Shown piece after piece: positions 13,971-27,449 of a DNA stretch of 64,000 nucleotides (position 1 is the stretch's first letter; each line of letters opens with the position of its first letter). A program made the translations under genes and the position numbers. The DNA lies in NCBI RefSeq assembly GCF_009834535.1, contig NC_045697.1, forward strand, positions 113,772,001-113,836,000, written 5' to 3'. This stretch comes from Camelus ferus (taxonomy: Eukaryota). A model generated the notes under the pieces. It was not told the origin of the DNA, searched no databases, and saw nothing but the letters and a program-made list of their open reading frames with translations.

Positions 13971-14049
13971 GGGAGATGGAAAATTATTGGTGAGTTTTAT
14001 CTCACCAGTGGTGTGATGTATTGTGCCTTATGTTAAAATAAAAGAAACA

Positions 14050-14830
14050 GAGCTCTCAGGCTCCTGGGTGGAGAGTTAATTTCAGGGAGATAAGGGAGAT
14101 ACACAGTCAGGAGGTTATTGCAGTGGCTGACGTGAAAGGCAGCTTGCATACGGTAGTAGCATTAGAGATGACAGTACGTGTTAGATTCTGGGTCTATCTT
14201 GAAGGTAGAGCTATGCGTATTTGGTGGTATATTAAGTGGAGGTGGGAGTTCTGAAAAAAGGAAAAGGATGACCTTAAGAATCGTGATGTGAGCCAAAATA
14301 TGTCGTTGCCCTTTATCCAAATTGAATGTCTGTGAGAAAACTTAGGTTTTGGAAATCTTACTAATGACGACCAGATGACAATTAGATGTAGAGTTGTATA
14401 TAACTTTTAACATATATAAATCAAGAGTACAGAGTTTGAAATAGGATTGGAACTGTATTTATACATAGTAGAGCAATAAAATAGGCTAAGATCCCATCAA
14501 GAGTCAAGTTACAGAGAGAAGAGAAATATGTTAGCACTCACCCTGCTGAAATACAACATTAACAGGTCACAGCGACGCAAGTGACCCAGAAAAAGTGAAT
14601 TGAAAAGGAGCAACAGATGAGGCATGAGAACTGAGAAAGGTATTCTGGAGTCTAACTTTGAAAAGAAAAGGGTTTCAAGAATAAGATGCCAATCTCTCTT
14701 TACAAACGCTGCTGAAAGTTCAGATGGGATGACTTGCGATTGTGTGAGTCATGCGTTCTGTTGTCTGGATCTAAGAGTAATTCCAATGTCCCTCAATCTC
14801 TATGGGATCATTTAATTGCACAGTGACTGA
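14050..14830 (-). mobile_element. L2 fragment
   Basis: 'ggaggttattgcagtgg..tagattctgggtctatcttgaaggtagagc' is typical antisense L2. Confidence 0.65.
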
Positions 14831-15149
14831 ATGATAGATCTGAGTTTGATTAGATGTATGAAACACTGTTCGATGAAAAGAAAGTAAGGTTATTTCCCTT
14901 CCACTCCCCTACCTGTGTCTTATGCATGCTCTCTGTCTCTAGGCTCTCAAACCTTGGGTGTTCCAACCAGAAAACATATAAAACATCTTAATTCATAGGT
15001 TTTGCTTCTGAGGGGAATGCAGTAATGACTTCTGTTCTTTACTAAGAATTTTTAGAGGATCAAAGCAGTCATGCAATGAGGAGGAGTCAGGAGACTGTGG
15101 AGGGCACACTGCTATGCATTTGATTTTCCACATTCCTGCCACTTGAGTA

Positions 15150-16380
15150 AAATGCTGTGAGCAAATTATAAACAGGAAATGCATCAGGAACCATACAATC
15201 CTGGGGGTTTTTTGTTGCACACACACAAAAAATCTATCATTTCTCCCTGGCAGAGATCCAGAAACTGTGAAGATGCAAAGATCTCATCTCAGTAAAATTA
15301 GACAGTGCTTGATAAATGATGACTGGCTAATAGGAATTGCAAACATGAAATTGTAGATCTAAGAAGTGAATTAAAACATCACTCAAGAGATAGGTCAGGA
15401 GATGAAAGATGTGTGATTTCCCACAAATCCTTTCTGTTTCAACACTGATTCTGGGTAGACTGTTTCCAAGCATGTGATTTATAGAAAAAATTCCTGCAGA
15501 AACAGGATCAGTAGGTCATCCTTCAGGTCCTGTGTCAATTGAAAAACATAACTCTGGAAATCATTTACAATGGAAACCAAAAAAAAAAAAATCCAAACTT
15601 AATTTTAATTTTTAAAAAGGCAGGAAGTCATAAGAAAACTGAAAGTTCAAGAGGGCATGCTGAGATAAAAAGATAACAGGGTTACAAAAGGAAAAACTGC
15701 ATGAACGATAAATTTATGAAAGGAAAATATATGCTGATTGTTCTTAAAAAATGAGAAATACTAGAAAAACAGTATCATAAGATTATAGCAAAAATAAATA
15801 AATTATACAAACAAGAAATGTTCTATAAAGAAAAGTTTTAACATTATCCTAATCATGAACAAATTCTGCAGTCACTGAGCCCTCAAAAAACCAACATTAA
15901 ACAAAAACATTACAACAAAGTCAGAGGTCTCTCTATAGTGATTAAAAATCATTAGAAACTTTTAATGAAAAGAAACTTGAGCCAGAGAATTTTGTGTTTA
16001 AAAAAGTCCAGTTTCCAAAATCGTGTAAATACTTCTTGAGGTAATTAAATGACTCAGAAATTTTATCATACATGCTTCTTGTTAACCAGAAAAACAATAT
16101 ATAAGCCTATATAAGTACATATAAACAAAGACCACACACACACATAAATGCACACACATATAAGCTGTCGGAAAGTTGGATCTAAATCTACACTTTAAGA
16201 ACAGGGTGGGGATGACATTGCAAAAAATGATTGCTTATAAGCCATGTATTCCACTGAATATTTAATATATTTTTACAACTAAATATAAATATCAAAGTAA
16301 TCTTTAAAGCAAAAAGATGGGATATCATTTGTGAGAATGTCATAACAATGATCCCAGTTCTAAACCTTAGTTTATATTAA
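15150..16380 (+). mobile_element. Very old L1 (L1ME-like) fragments
   Basis: A-rich, with degenerate ORF1-like motifs ('agccagagaattttg'). Boundaries poorly defined. Confidence 0.4.
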
Positions 16381-16574
16381 CACAGAGGCAATTTTGGTAT
16401 AATCACTAATAATAGAGGCTTTTGAGTAAGACAAACCTATTTTAAATTCCAACTCTACCACTTACTAGATTTGTATTGAGATGTCATCTAAACTTGCTCA
16501 TTTAATTCTAAAATGTGGTAAATTATGACAAGATACCAAAATAATTGCTGCCAATCTCAGAATCAAATATATGG

Positions 16575-18405
16575 ATTTTTGTCTGGGGTCCACTTCTTAT
16601 CTGTTGAACCATACCTGCGTCACGTGGGCATGTGACTTGTTTTTTCAGGTCATTCTTGATGTCATTCACATATAGTTCATCTTCATTAAAAAGGGGTGTC
16701 TACCACGAGAATACCCAAATGGATGGTTTGCTGGGTAAGATGCTACTTTTTATGATGGGCAACTCAGGTTGCCTTGTGTCTTCTTGTCACTGACCAAGCC
16801 TTTAGTCTTTCCTGCAGTCTAGTACTAAGCCTTCTCAACAGAGGATGGGAGAGCCCTGTCCCGTAACCTTAAGGGTCTGTGTTCCGCTGAGCTGTGATTC
16901 ACCCACGGTGACTTCTCAAAGGCTTCATGATGGCATTTCTCTCTGCCATAGAGACTCCAGGCAGCACTGAATCTCCTGAGTCATGTGGCCCACGAGGCCA
17001 AGCCAACTCCATGGCCGTCCAGAACTGGAGCAGCTACTCACTTGCCGTGGGACTCCTCAAAACCATCAGGCCACTCCAAAATGGGTGACGGGAGTGCACA
17101 GAAATAAATTATATATTGCCTCAAAGATGCAAAAAAGACCATAAGGCATTCTCAATTGTAGGAAGGAGCAGATTCAGCAAAATATTCTTTCTTTTGAAGA
17201 GATTTCTCAATATGCTCTATACTAAGTGTCAGTAAACCACAGCCTGTGGATCAAACCCAATCCTATTTTTGAGAGAAAGCTATTGAAAAAAAAAAATAGC
17301 CACGTTCATTGCTTTACATATTGCCCCTGCCGATTCACGTTATAATGGCAGAATTGAGTAGTTGTATTAGAAATGTGTGGCAAAGCCTAAAATATTTACT
17401 ATTCTCCACTTTAAAAAAATAGTTTTCCAAACCCTGCCCATTAGATCATGGGACACTGAGAAATTTCATTAAGTGACGGGATGCTGTGTTTTGCGGGTTT
17501 GTTTCCCACATTCGGGCATGCCTGTGTCATGCCAATGTGCCTTTTGTCGTTGCTACTTCCAGCTCATCAGGGTCCAAACAGCATGACACCATCAATTTAA
17601 TGCACCAACTTGATTGGACTGGAGATGTGACAGAATTCCTTGTGACTAGATGATGCTGTCGGTCTGGTTGGCTGATACAGCCCTGAGGCATGATAGTTAG
17701 TGAAGGTGTATGGCTGAGCATACCAGCTGAAAGCAAATTGTTTCTGATGATATTCATTCACAGACACAGAGAAAAAAGAAATGTATTCATGTTCAGTAGC
17801 TGAGTACACGCACCAGCTGCGTTCATTGTTCAAGCAGTGAAACTGTATCCCGAATAGCAACCGTGACTGTGAAGAGGTCTTCACCTCTTTAAGTTTATAA
17901 TAATTCACCATCAGTATCTGAAACGCATGTCTTCTCTGCACAGCTCAAGAGGCACATCAAATGTGAAGTGATAGGGCTTTCTACCCCCTACCTCTGTCAA
18001 GACCTCGGTGGTGGCCCTGATATCTGTAATTCTCCCAGGAATGCGGGTCTGCTTTGATGTACTGTTTTGGCAGGTGGAGGAAGTTCTTGTGTCTTCTGTT
18101 GGGTTTTCACTGCGAGATTAGCTTCATGCTTATCATTAAGGAACTAGCAGAAGAATCTTGACAATTGATGTGTATATCTATTCCTATTAAGCATTTCAGA
18201 ATTGGGATAATCACAAGATATGACCAAGAATGCATTCAACTCACTGAGAGACAAACTCTAGACAAAACTTAGATGGATCACTTGAACGTCATCTACTCCT
18301 CGTCTGACTGGTGGACCACTGTGGTGTTTTGGTGTCCAAAAACCTTTGTAAGTTTGAGACTGTACAATTTCAAAAAAGTCTAATTATTTCCCATTGCCCA
18401 GTACT
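16575..18405 (-). mobile_element. Degenerate ERVL internal relic: protease-RT-RNase H connection
   Basis: Minus-strand translations include PKHHSGPPVR, CLIGIDI, ELPPPAKTV, RIPGRITDIRAT, MVNYYKL, FFSVSVNEYHQKQFAFSWYAQPYTFT and MPQGCISQP. These match ERVL Pro/Pol motifs such as HQKQFAFSWQGQQYTFT. Confidence 0.88.
17223..17436 (+). mobile_element. MER58A-like hAT-Charlie MITE inserted in ERVL pol
   Basis: 'gccacgttcattgctttacata..atggcagaattgagtagttg..caaagcctaaaatatttactat..ccctg'. Confidence 0.8.
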
Positions 18406-18408
18406 CAG

Positions 18409-18752
18409 TGCTATGGACTGAACTGTGAACACCCCCAAATTCCTACCTTGGAAAACCAAAACTCAGTGTGATGTTATTTTGAGCTGGGGCATTTGGGAGA
18501 TTATTGGATTTATATGAGGTTGCATGGGTGGGGTCTTCATGGTGGGGTTAGTGCCCTTAAAGAGGCACTCTCTCTACTATGTAAGGACACAACCAGACAG
18601 CATAACCAAAGAACAGAGCCTTCACCGCAAACAGATCATGCTACTACCCTGGTCTTGAACTTCTAGTCTCTGAAATTATGAGAAAATGCATTTCTGTTGC
18701 TGAAGTCACTCCATCTATGGTATTTTGTTATGGTAGCTCAAGCTGACTAACA
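18409..18752 (+). mobile_element. MaLR 5' LTR (MLT1A-like)
   Basis: Starts 'tgctatggactgaactgtg..cccccaaattc' and ends 'tatggtattttgttatggtagctcaagctgactaaca'. Confidence 0.85.
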
Positions 18753-19370
18753 TAGATTTTGGTCGTGAGAGTTGGGTACTTAGTAACAAATACCTAAAAA
18801 CATGGAAGCGGCTTTGAAACTGGGTAATGGGTGGAGGCTGGAAGGTTTGGAGGTGCATGCTCAGAGTATGTTTGTTATGGGCAATTTTATTGAAGTCTCA
18901 AATGGAAATGAGGAACTTAATTTTAGAAACCATAGAAAAGATGAGTTTTGTAATAAAGTGGCCAAGAACTTGCCTGAACTGTGTTCTAGTGTTTTGTGGA
19001 ATGTAGGATGTGTGAGTAATGAAATTTGATATTTAACTGAGGAGACTTCTAAGCAAAGTGCAGAAGGAATGCCGTGATTCCTCCTGACCACTTGGAGGAA
19101 AATGTGAAAGAACAGAGATGAATTGAAGGAGAACTGGTCAAATAAAAAGGAAGCAGAATTCAATAATTGGAAAAAAAAAATGTTAGTCTATTTATACTGC
19201 AAAGAGTGAGAAAGCATATTCTGAGGATAACAACAAGGGTGTGGCTGGACTATTTCTTTAAAAAGAGTTTTTTAGGGTTATACAAGCAGAAACAGCCAAA
19301 TCTGAACTGAATGGGAAAGAGATGGGAAAAAATGAAGGAAGCTGTTGGATCTCTTGGATTTGACTGGGTA
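18753..19370 (+). mobile_element. MaLR internal sequence (MLT1A-int-like)
   Basis: Follows the LTR directly with 'gattttggt..gtaacaaatacctaaaaacatggaagcggctttgaaactgggtaatggg'. ORF 18802 MEAALKLGNG..CNKVAKNLPELCS is the typical MaLR internal ORF relic. Confidence 0.8.
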
Positions 19371-19849
19371 GTTATTGCGAATGAAAATGGGTGAGAATAT
19401 CTGTCTTGTGGAGGATTACCCATGTCTTTAGCTATGTCTGTGATATTTTTGTCCTCAAAAAGGGAATTCTGGCCAAATATGAAAATGTTTACATTCAGTG
19501 GCTTCATTATACCATCTTCTATTTACAGATCAAACATTTCTTTAAAAAATTATGTAAGAAACAAACTCCAAGAGCAAAATTAAAAATGGTGCAACCCAAT
19601 CAGGGTCCACTGACATTCTAACTCTCAATCTTGAATCACAGGGGACATCAAATATGCACTCAGACTTGGAGAAGCCATTACCTGGAATAGGACAGATACT
19701 ACAAATGATGAAGAATACATAGCCAATGTACATGGGCTCACATACATTCTTGGATAGCTGATTTTAGAGGCTGGGCAAAATAAAACATTTAAGTAAAATA
19801 GAAAATGCTTTTTTGTTTTTAGAAAAAAAAATTGGTTCTTTTAAAAAAA

Positions 19850-19971
19850 TTATCAGCCAAGAGTTAAGAAAATTAAAGCATTATAAATTTTACAATAAAG
19901 GTTTTAAAATTTATCAGCCAAGAGTTAAGAAAATTAAAGTATTATAATTTTTACAATTAAGGTTTTAAAAT
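19850..19971. repeat. Tandem duplication, 2 x 61 bp
   Basis: Unit 'ttatcagccaagagttaagaaaattaaag..ggttttaaaat' at 19850-19910 and 19911-19971, with 3 mismatches. Confidence 0.95.
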
Positions 19972-21039
19972 CATGGCAGAAACTGTTATAGATTTATATA
20001 ATACAATTTGTTTTTCTAAATAATATCACATCACACGTCCTTAGGTTCTTGAACTTAACTTTGTGCTTTAGATTAACTGCTTCCTCTACTTTTGACATTT
20101 TAAATGAATGGGAATTAATAAAATAGTAGCTAATTGACACTCACATTATTTCTTCTCTACTCCATACAGATGTTATTTAATATGAGTTCCCATGTAAAAG
20201 TCAAATGGCATTACACTAAGTTTAAATAATATACTCTTCATGTGAAGACAGGACTTTCAATTTACTAAAATACAAGACTAAAAATGTTAATTGTTCTGAA
20301 AGTAAGACTAACAGATTACATGGTGGCGAGGCAAGAGGTCTAACTGACCACAAGTTAGAAATGATCACTGGATGTCAATTTCTTTAGCAATTTTACTTTC
20401 AATACCATTGTGAAATGAACACAATAGTGTTTCTTTTTAACATCTGTGTTTAACACCATAGGTGGAAAAGGATGCACCAAAGGGAAACTCGACCAGCAGT
20501 GTCCACAGTTGCTAGTACTTCATAGAAGAGGTTTTTCTCACCAAAATTTAAAGAAGTTTTACCATATTTTTTTTTATTTTCCAGTGACTGTGAAACAAAT
20601 GATTAGCAATAAAAGAGCTCTTTGAATATTTTTATTTCTTCTCTTGTATTTAATGTGGTCCCTTATTAGAAGAAAAATTAAAAGAAAAGAATTTCAGAAG
20701 AAAATGTCAAATATCTGTGGAACTCCATCATCTGTTTTTGAGACAACTTAGTGCATTTTTTGAATCCAGAATCTGCACATGAAGAAATAGGAGTGAAGCA
20801 GGATCAGTGAGGAGATCAGGAGAATGTGGTGACATAAAAAAAACAGGGGAATCACATATAAAAGATCACATATAAAAGCAATAATACTAGTGGCTTCTCT
20901 GCCACTTCCTAGCTGCATAATCTTGTGTATCGTCCATCTTTGATGAACGCTGTGAAACATTTTGTGTCTTTTCTCACAGGGTTTTTCAGATGGTTGCTAT
21001 AAGGGTTCAGTGAGAATTCATATGAAAATATTAACATAT

Positions 21040-21178
21040 TTTATTTTATTTCATTATTTTTTATTGAAGTACAGTCAGTTACAATGTGTCAATTTCTAGT
21101 GTCCAGCACAATATCCCAGTCATGCATATACATACATATATTCTTTTTCATTAAAGGATATTACAAGATACCAAACAT
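21040..21178 (-). mobile_element. Short L1 3' end
   Basis: T-rich tail followed by 'ttattgaagtacagtcagttacaatgtgtcaatttctagtgtccagcac'. Confidence 0.75.
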
Positions 21179-23711
21179 AAAAGCCATTCAGCGTTTTGTA
21201 CAAATGGAAATTAACGTTATATTTTTAATCTGACATATTTCTGGTGGTATGGTAAGTACATAAAAGTAAATAACATGCCCAGGAACAAAGCTGTTGGGGT
21301 TATCAGATTAATTGCGAAACCTGATTAGAGAGGTAGGGAATCTGTTTTACATCATGTCAAAAGGATCTTATTTAGAGGCCAAACATCATTAGGGTGTTTG
21401 TATGTTGTTATCTGGACACTCAAGATCTGAGAACAAGAATGTTTCAGGATGCTATGATTTTGGAAGTGTGCACGTGATACTTGGCAGATCTGGTTTGATA
21501 AATACTACTAAATAGAACAAGAAAAAAAAAAAAAAAGCACTGCTTTCAAATTCCTACCCAGCCACTTACCATGTGTATAACTTTGGGGGAGTTTATTTGG
21601 CTATGGAGTTCATGTTTTTTAATCTCTAAAATAGAAATGGTAAAGAGAATCAGAATAAAACTAGCAACATGAGAAGCTAACATTGAGTACTAATTGTAGG
21701 AGATACTGTATCCAGTGCTTTCTGTAGGAATAATCATGCATGAGTTCCTGCGAAGAATGAAGACTATTTTATACATAAAAAGTTACTATTCTCTGAAACT
21801 TGTACGTGCTAAATAAAAGACAGTCACATATATGTTTATCAGTTAGATAAAAGGGAAACAGAATCCTAGCTATGTTATTTGCCTTTGGGGTAAACAGATA
21901 AGAATTTGAATTCTGACCGAGATAAGCGAGGTTATTTTAAGATAATTAACCTCTGTAAGCATCAGTTTTCTGACTTTCAAAAGATAACGACGGCTAATTA
22001 AAAATATGTCATGATTATCATCATGTTGCTTTTCCAGGTTAATGTCATAATGAGTCAAAATAAATATTGGTGTTTTATGTAAATTAGTGTCTTTGTCAGA
22101 TTCTAGATTTTGAAAGACTTTGGAAAAAGTCAAAGATTGATCAGTGTTGTACTGAACTTTGAGTTTATATCTGGTCTTATTTTGTAAAGTTCTGAAATAC
22201 AGTGATTTTTTTTAATGTGATAAATTGCTTAAAATGGGTAGTTTCATTTGAAATCAATAGTCCTTTTTTTTCCCATTCATTTTTGCACATTGTACGTTAA
22301 AGATAGATTTTTTTATTTGTCAATTCATTCTTTAGTGATTTATCCAACTCAGGGAAACAGCCTTTTTAAAAATCTTTATGAATGATCTGGAAAAAAACAC
22401 TTGGAGGAAGAAATTAAGATGATTTTCAACTTCATATTGATTCTTCCCCATTCCCAATAAGATATTATTTTCAACAAATGATATAAATTATCAAAAATAG
22501 AGCACATGAGATGTCTTGAGGTGTCCTTGGATGGCGCCCAGTCATTTAAATATCTCAGCAGCCCAGAATCAAGTGTCACCAAGAGATAAGCCTGACCAGA
22601 CTCCTGGTTTCACAATTGGAAAGCCATCTGGAGTGCTCTGAGTTGGAGCAATGATTTTTGGTGTGTGCACAGCCCCGGCACAGACAGAAGCAGCTTGACT
22701 CACTTGTCTAATAAGGAAAAATCCAGTGAGGAGTGAAATCAGGTTTATTTCACTTCCTAAATTAAAAATAAAAGATTTAGATCATTTGAATGCATACAAG
22801 GTGCAGCATATTCTGCTACATGATATTAAAAAAAAAAAAGTACTGAGGAATGAATCAAATATAGACCTGGTGTTTACCCTTGAGAATTTTCCTTTAGCAA
22901 TTGATAACATTTGTGCTGACACCAGAAATAAAATATTTAAAAGATGGGGACATGGAGGTAGTCAGGCAATCCTGGAAATAATTTCAAAGCTGTTTCCTCT
23001 GGTCCAAAATGTGCACCAGAGTTTAGTGATATGTCACTATTGATGTAGTAGGCTATTAGTCAACGTGAATTGACTGAAACCTGGGTCAACAGAAAGACGA
23101 TTTCCAGGGCGGCGAGGGGCGGGGGGTTGGGGGTGGGCATGCACATTCAAACATTATCCCGTCTTTTTTTTTTTTTTTTTTTTTTTTCAGTTTTGGGTGG
23201 TTACAAAATGTTTCAAAAGCCTTATTTCTATGTTTTTCTGGGTCTCTATGTGAAATTTATTTCCTGGTTTGGATCCTGATTGACTCCCCAGTTGTATGAA
23301 GTCAGATTTCCTGCCAGCATGCCATTCATTCATAAAACAAGTATTTGTTCCTTCTTCCCACGTGGGAGATTCTGAGTCAGAAATTGAAAGTTAAATAAGA
23401 TACAGCCATTGTCCTGTCAAACTAAGAGTCTTATTGTTTTCACTAAAGAGAAGAGAAGAAAGGCAAAGGTGCAGAGGATGGAGTCAGAGAAGTCTTTCTG
23501 GAGAAGAGTCCTTTTTTATTCTGCTTGATAATAAAGTAGGGCTCCTACAGAACAGAATTCCAGAGAAACGAAAAAATATCTTTTCAAAGTGCCCAAGCTT
23601 AAAATTCATTATCTATGAAGACCTGTGACATTGCTAGTAAATGAATATAGTTGAAGCACAGAATTTTTGTGGAGGAGCAAGAAATAAAGGTTGAAATAAG
23701 ATCAGATCAGA

Positions 23712-24262
23712 TATGAGCTTGTTCTTGCTGCTGCAAAATATTATTACAAACGTGAAGAGACAACAGTGATTTCTTATCTCAGAATTCTGCAGTTCCGAAG
23801 TCTGACTCCGAGGCTCATTCAAGGTCTTGGCAGGGCTGCTTTTCTTCATGGAAGGCTCTTGGGGAGCTCATGTCTTTACTCATTGGGATTGCTGGCAGGT
23901 ATCAGCCTCCTGAGGTGGTGGGACTGTGGTCCTGTCTCCTGGACGCCTGTCAGATCCCAGTGCTGCCTACAGCTGGTGACATCGTCCCTCCAGCTTCAAA
24001 GCCAGCAATAGTGGGCCAAGTGCCTGCACACCCAGATTCTCTTCTGTCTCTTCTTTCGTTGTCACATGTCTTTGACTGGGTCTCCTGCTTCCCCTCTGCT
24101 TTCCCAGGCTCATTCGACTGATTTCAGTGGTTCCACCTGGATTATCCTTCACAGGTCAGCTGATTAGCAACTTAATTCCTTTTTGAGCAGTAAAGCAACA
24201 TATGCACTGGTTCCAGGGCGTAGGTCTTGGACATCTTTGGGGGACAATTATTCTGCCTACCA
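23712..24262 (-). mobile_element. MaLR LTR (MLT1C/D/E-like)
   Basis: 'caaggtcttggcagggctg..ggaaggctct..ttcaaagccagcaat..ggacatctttgggggacaattattctgcctacca'. Confidence 0.8.
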
Positions 24263-24499
24263 TGGGTCACTTTTGTCATATTTGCTTAAAGAAAATTAAG
24301 AGAAGGGTCTTTTATTTCATTTCAGACTTTACATCTGTCTATTCAAATTTCCTAATTCTTCTTTGCCCAATTCTAGCATATTTGTAAAAATTCCTCAGTT
24401 GTTCTGATGTTGATGAAATTAATTAGCACGTAGACATGCATACTACTCTGTAATCACTATTTTAAACCTTTATTATGTTAGTACATATTTAACGCTTTA

Positions 24500-25130
24500 A
24501 TTCACATATTTCCTCCTTCTTTCTTCCTGGATGTTTTCCCTTCTTGTTAATCTTTTCCAAAAACTTGCTGTTGGTTCTCTAAGCCTTATTTATGTATTCT
24601 TTGTTTTCTATATTATTATTTAATACTTATTTTTATCCCTTTTTCAATTTCTTCTATTATTTCTTTTCCATCTTCTTGAATTGGCTGCTGGCTCATTAGT
24701 TTTATTTCTCTAATTTTTTTTCTCTCGTGTGACTTATTTGTAAAGTTCTCTCTACATGTCTTTTTCTGTACCTTGTAAAATTTGGCATCTAACATTTTCA
24801 CTGGCATTCATCTCTAAATAGTTTTAATTTATTTTATAATTTCCTCTTTTAATAAGCATTTTATTTAGTATGGAAATTGTATTTTACTTAGTATTGAAAA
24901 AAGTGATATTTCTTTTGTCATTTAAAAATAGTCATTTCTATTATAAGTTGAATTTTATTTCATTTGGAAAAATTGGCATTTCTTTTGTCATTTTTAAAAA
25001 ATTATTAATTTCTATTGTATTGCATTGTGAATGGAGAATACGTTTTGTATGCTATTTATCCTTTGGGGGAAAATAAGACTTTTTGTAGATTACTTCATGG
25101 TAAACATTTACAATTTTTCCATTGTGGTTT
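24500..25130 (-). mobile_element. Old L1 ORF2 fragment
   Basis: T-rich degenerate antisense L1 ('atttctattgtattgcattgtgaatggagaata'). Confidence 0.45.
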
Positions 25131-25649
25131 CCTGAACTGCTAAAATTTTATGTATTTTTGTTTATTTACTGTCTACATATCAACTTCCTAGAGATGTAAC
25201 AAGCACAGTTTAACATTTGACTATTTCCTTAATATTTGGGGCTCTATTATTCATTGTACATGACATTAGAGGTAAGATCCATCATATTTGTAATGAACAG
25301 ATAATCATTATCTTGCAAAAGGCTTTTAAGTGATTACAGGAAAAAAGAGATATTAGAGCAACTGTTCCACTGATTTTATTAGCCAGTTAAGTAAAAAGAA
25401 AGAAAAAGATCGTGTAATTTATGAATACGAAGACTATATGGTATTTTATCTACTTTTATAAAAGGTATGCCACTGATAGACACGTCAAATAATGTACTTA
25501 AAAGACTTTATGCACATTCCTATTAATAAATTAAACTTAATACATTATCAGTGATACTTTCTATCACTTCTAAAGTTTAGCATTACTGGAAAGGGTGGGT
25601 AAAGCTATTAAGAAAATGCATATGGAGTATGAGAATTGGAAAAGAAGAT

Positions 25650-27400
25650 TCTTTTTTTAAATGTGCTATTATCATATAAACAGCTTGAGAATTAAAAGAT
25701 GAGAAAGTCCGTCAGGGTGACTGGATAAAGATCAGCTTGTGACCATAAACTGCGCTTCTTGGTAGCAGCAGCAATCAATCAACAAATGTTATAGTAAAGA
25801 AATATCACTCATAATAACAACTAAAATGTAAAGTACCTGGGAACCAACATATAGAGCTAACATTTTATACAGTAAATTATAACTGTAATGAAGAATAATT
25901 TGCATAAACATAATATAGGAATAAAATACATAAATAAAATAAACTAATATAGGTATAAAATGAATAAATAAAATAATGTAAATTTAAGCAAATGAAAATA
26001 TATACTATATACAGGAATGAATAGCTATATTTAAATGTCAAACACATCAATTTCCTCCACAATAAGACATATCATCAATACAATCAATGTAAGTTTTCCA
26101 GATGAGCATTCTGAGACATGCGACAATCTTATTCTAAAATGCAAATGAAAGATTTCAGTTGTAGAGATGTCCAAGTCAACTTTAATAAAGAAAATACGAG
26201 GACTTCCCCTGGCAAATATTGCTATGTATTAAGAAACCATAGTACTAAACTGGTACAAGAACAGGAAATTTGATTTAGGAAACAAAATAGAAGGCACAGA
26301 AAAAAAAATATATATATATATATGAATGAGAAATGGTTTATCACAAATGGGGAAATGGTTTATTTAGTTGGCAATATTGAGAAAACTAACAACGCTTTGA
26401 AGAGCACAGCTATAGCACTCCTTTTTCCAAATAATGTTGCACTCAGAATGCATTAATGCCCTAAAGGTACAAGAAAAGAAAAAGTACAAAGATAATAGAA
26501 GACAACAGGGAAGAACTTTTTTTATGGCCAAGGGGCAAGAAAAACTTCTTGAATGAGATCTAAAAAGCACAAAGAAGAAAATGAAAACCAGATTTGACAA
26601 CACACACATGCACTCAGGCATACACACACACAACGTATCTTCACTGATAGTCTCTGTAACCAAAGTCACAGACAGATAAACAACCAGTGAAAGATATTCC
26701 TAAATATCTCCTAAAATCTAAAAGTAAACCAAAAAAATTCATAATACAAATCAGAAATAGCTCTAATTACAGAATAAAAAGAAAATATTTCAACAGCAAA
26801 ATTGACAAAGAAATGAACAAGAAGGTTATTAATGTTGTAGCCCAATGGCTGTGCAAACTTCATAAGTAATCAGGAAAAAAAAAACAAAACACAAATTAAT
26901 ACACCAGAGTGAAAAAATTTAGAAATGTAGATGCAATCTACTGGTGACAAGGTTACAAAAGAAGGAAATCCTTGACAGCACTTACGGAAACTAAGCATGT
27001 ATATACTTTAAGATTCAGTGATCCTACTCTGAGTATTCCATTCCCAAAAGGGGGAAATTTTCTCAAAGGACCTGAGAAGACAAGTAACAAGATATTTATG
27101 GAAACTTTACTTGCTGTGGCAGGGCGTCTATCTCTAAGTATATAGATAAGAAATGGGGAACTACAATGGAAAGGTAGAAGCAGTTAAAAGGAAAGAGACT
27201 AAAATACATGTAGCACCATGGATGGATCCCAAAAATCTATGGACGAAGGAGAAAAATAGTAAACACGTCTTAAAGCTTAATACCATTGTATAAATTAAAT
27301 TAACACATCCATGAAACAATAGCAAGTATTTTGTAATAACATTTGCAGATGAAGGACATGCACTGAACACATTAGATTAATCCCTATGGAAGTGAGGAGT
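25650..27400 (+). mobile_element. Old L1 (L1MC/ME-like) ORF2-3'UTR fragments
   Basis: 'aaatgtcaaa..aatttcctccac', 'cttattctaaaatgcaaatgaaa', 'ctggtacaagaacag', 'catgtagcaccatggatggatccc'. Confidence 0.6.
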
Positions 27401-27449
27401 GGAAATGGATATTAGAAAGAAAGGGGAAAGAAAATCAGATAAAAATTGT

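Noticed and set aside
19850..19971. Direct repeats as a CRISPR-like array
   Set aside because: Only two abutting copies, no spacers, and a mammalian context.
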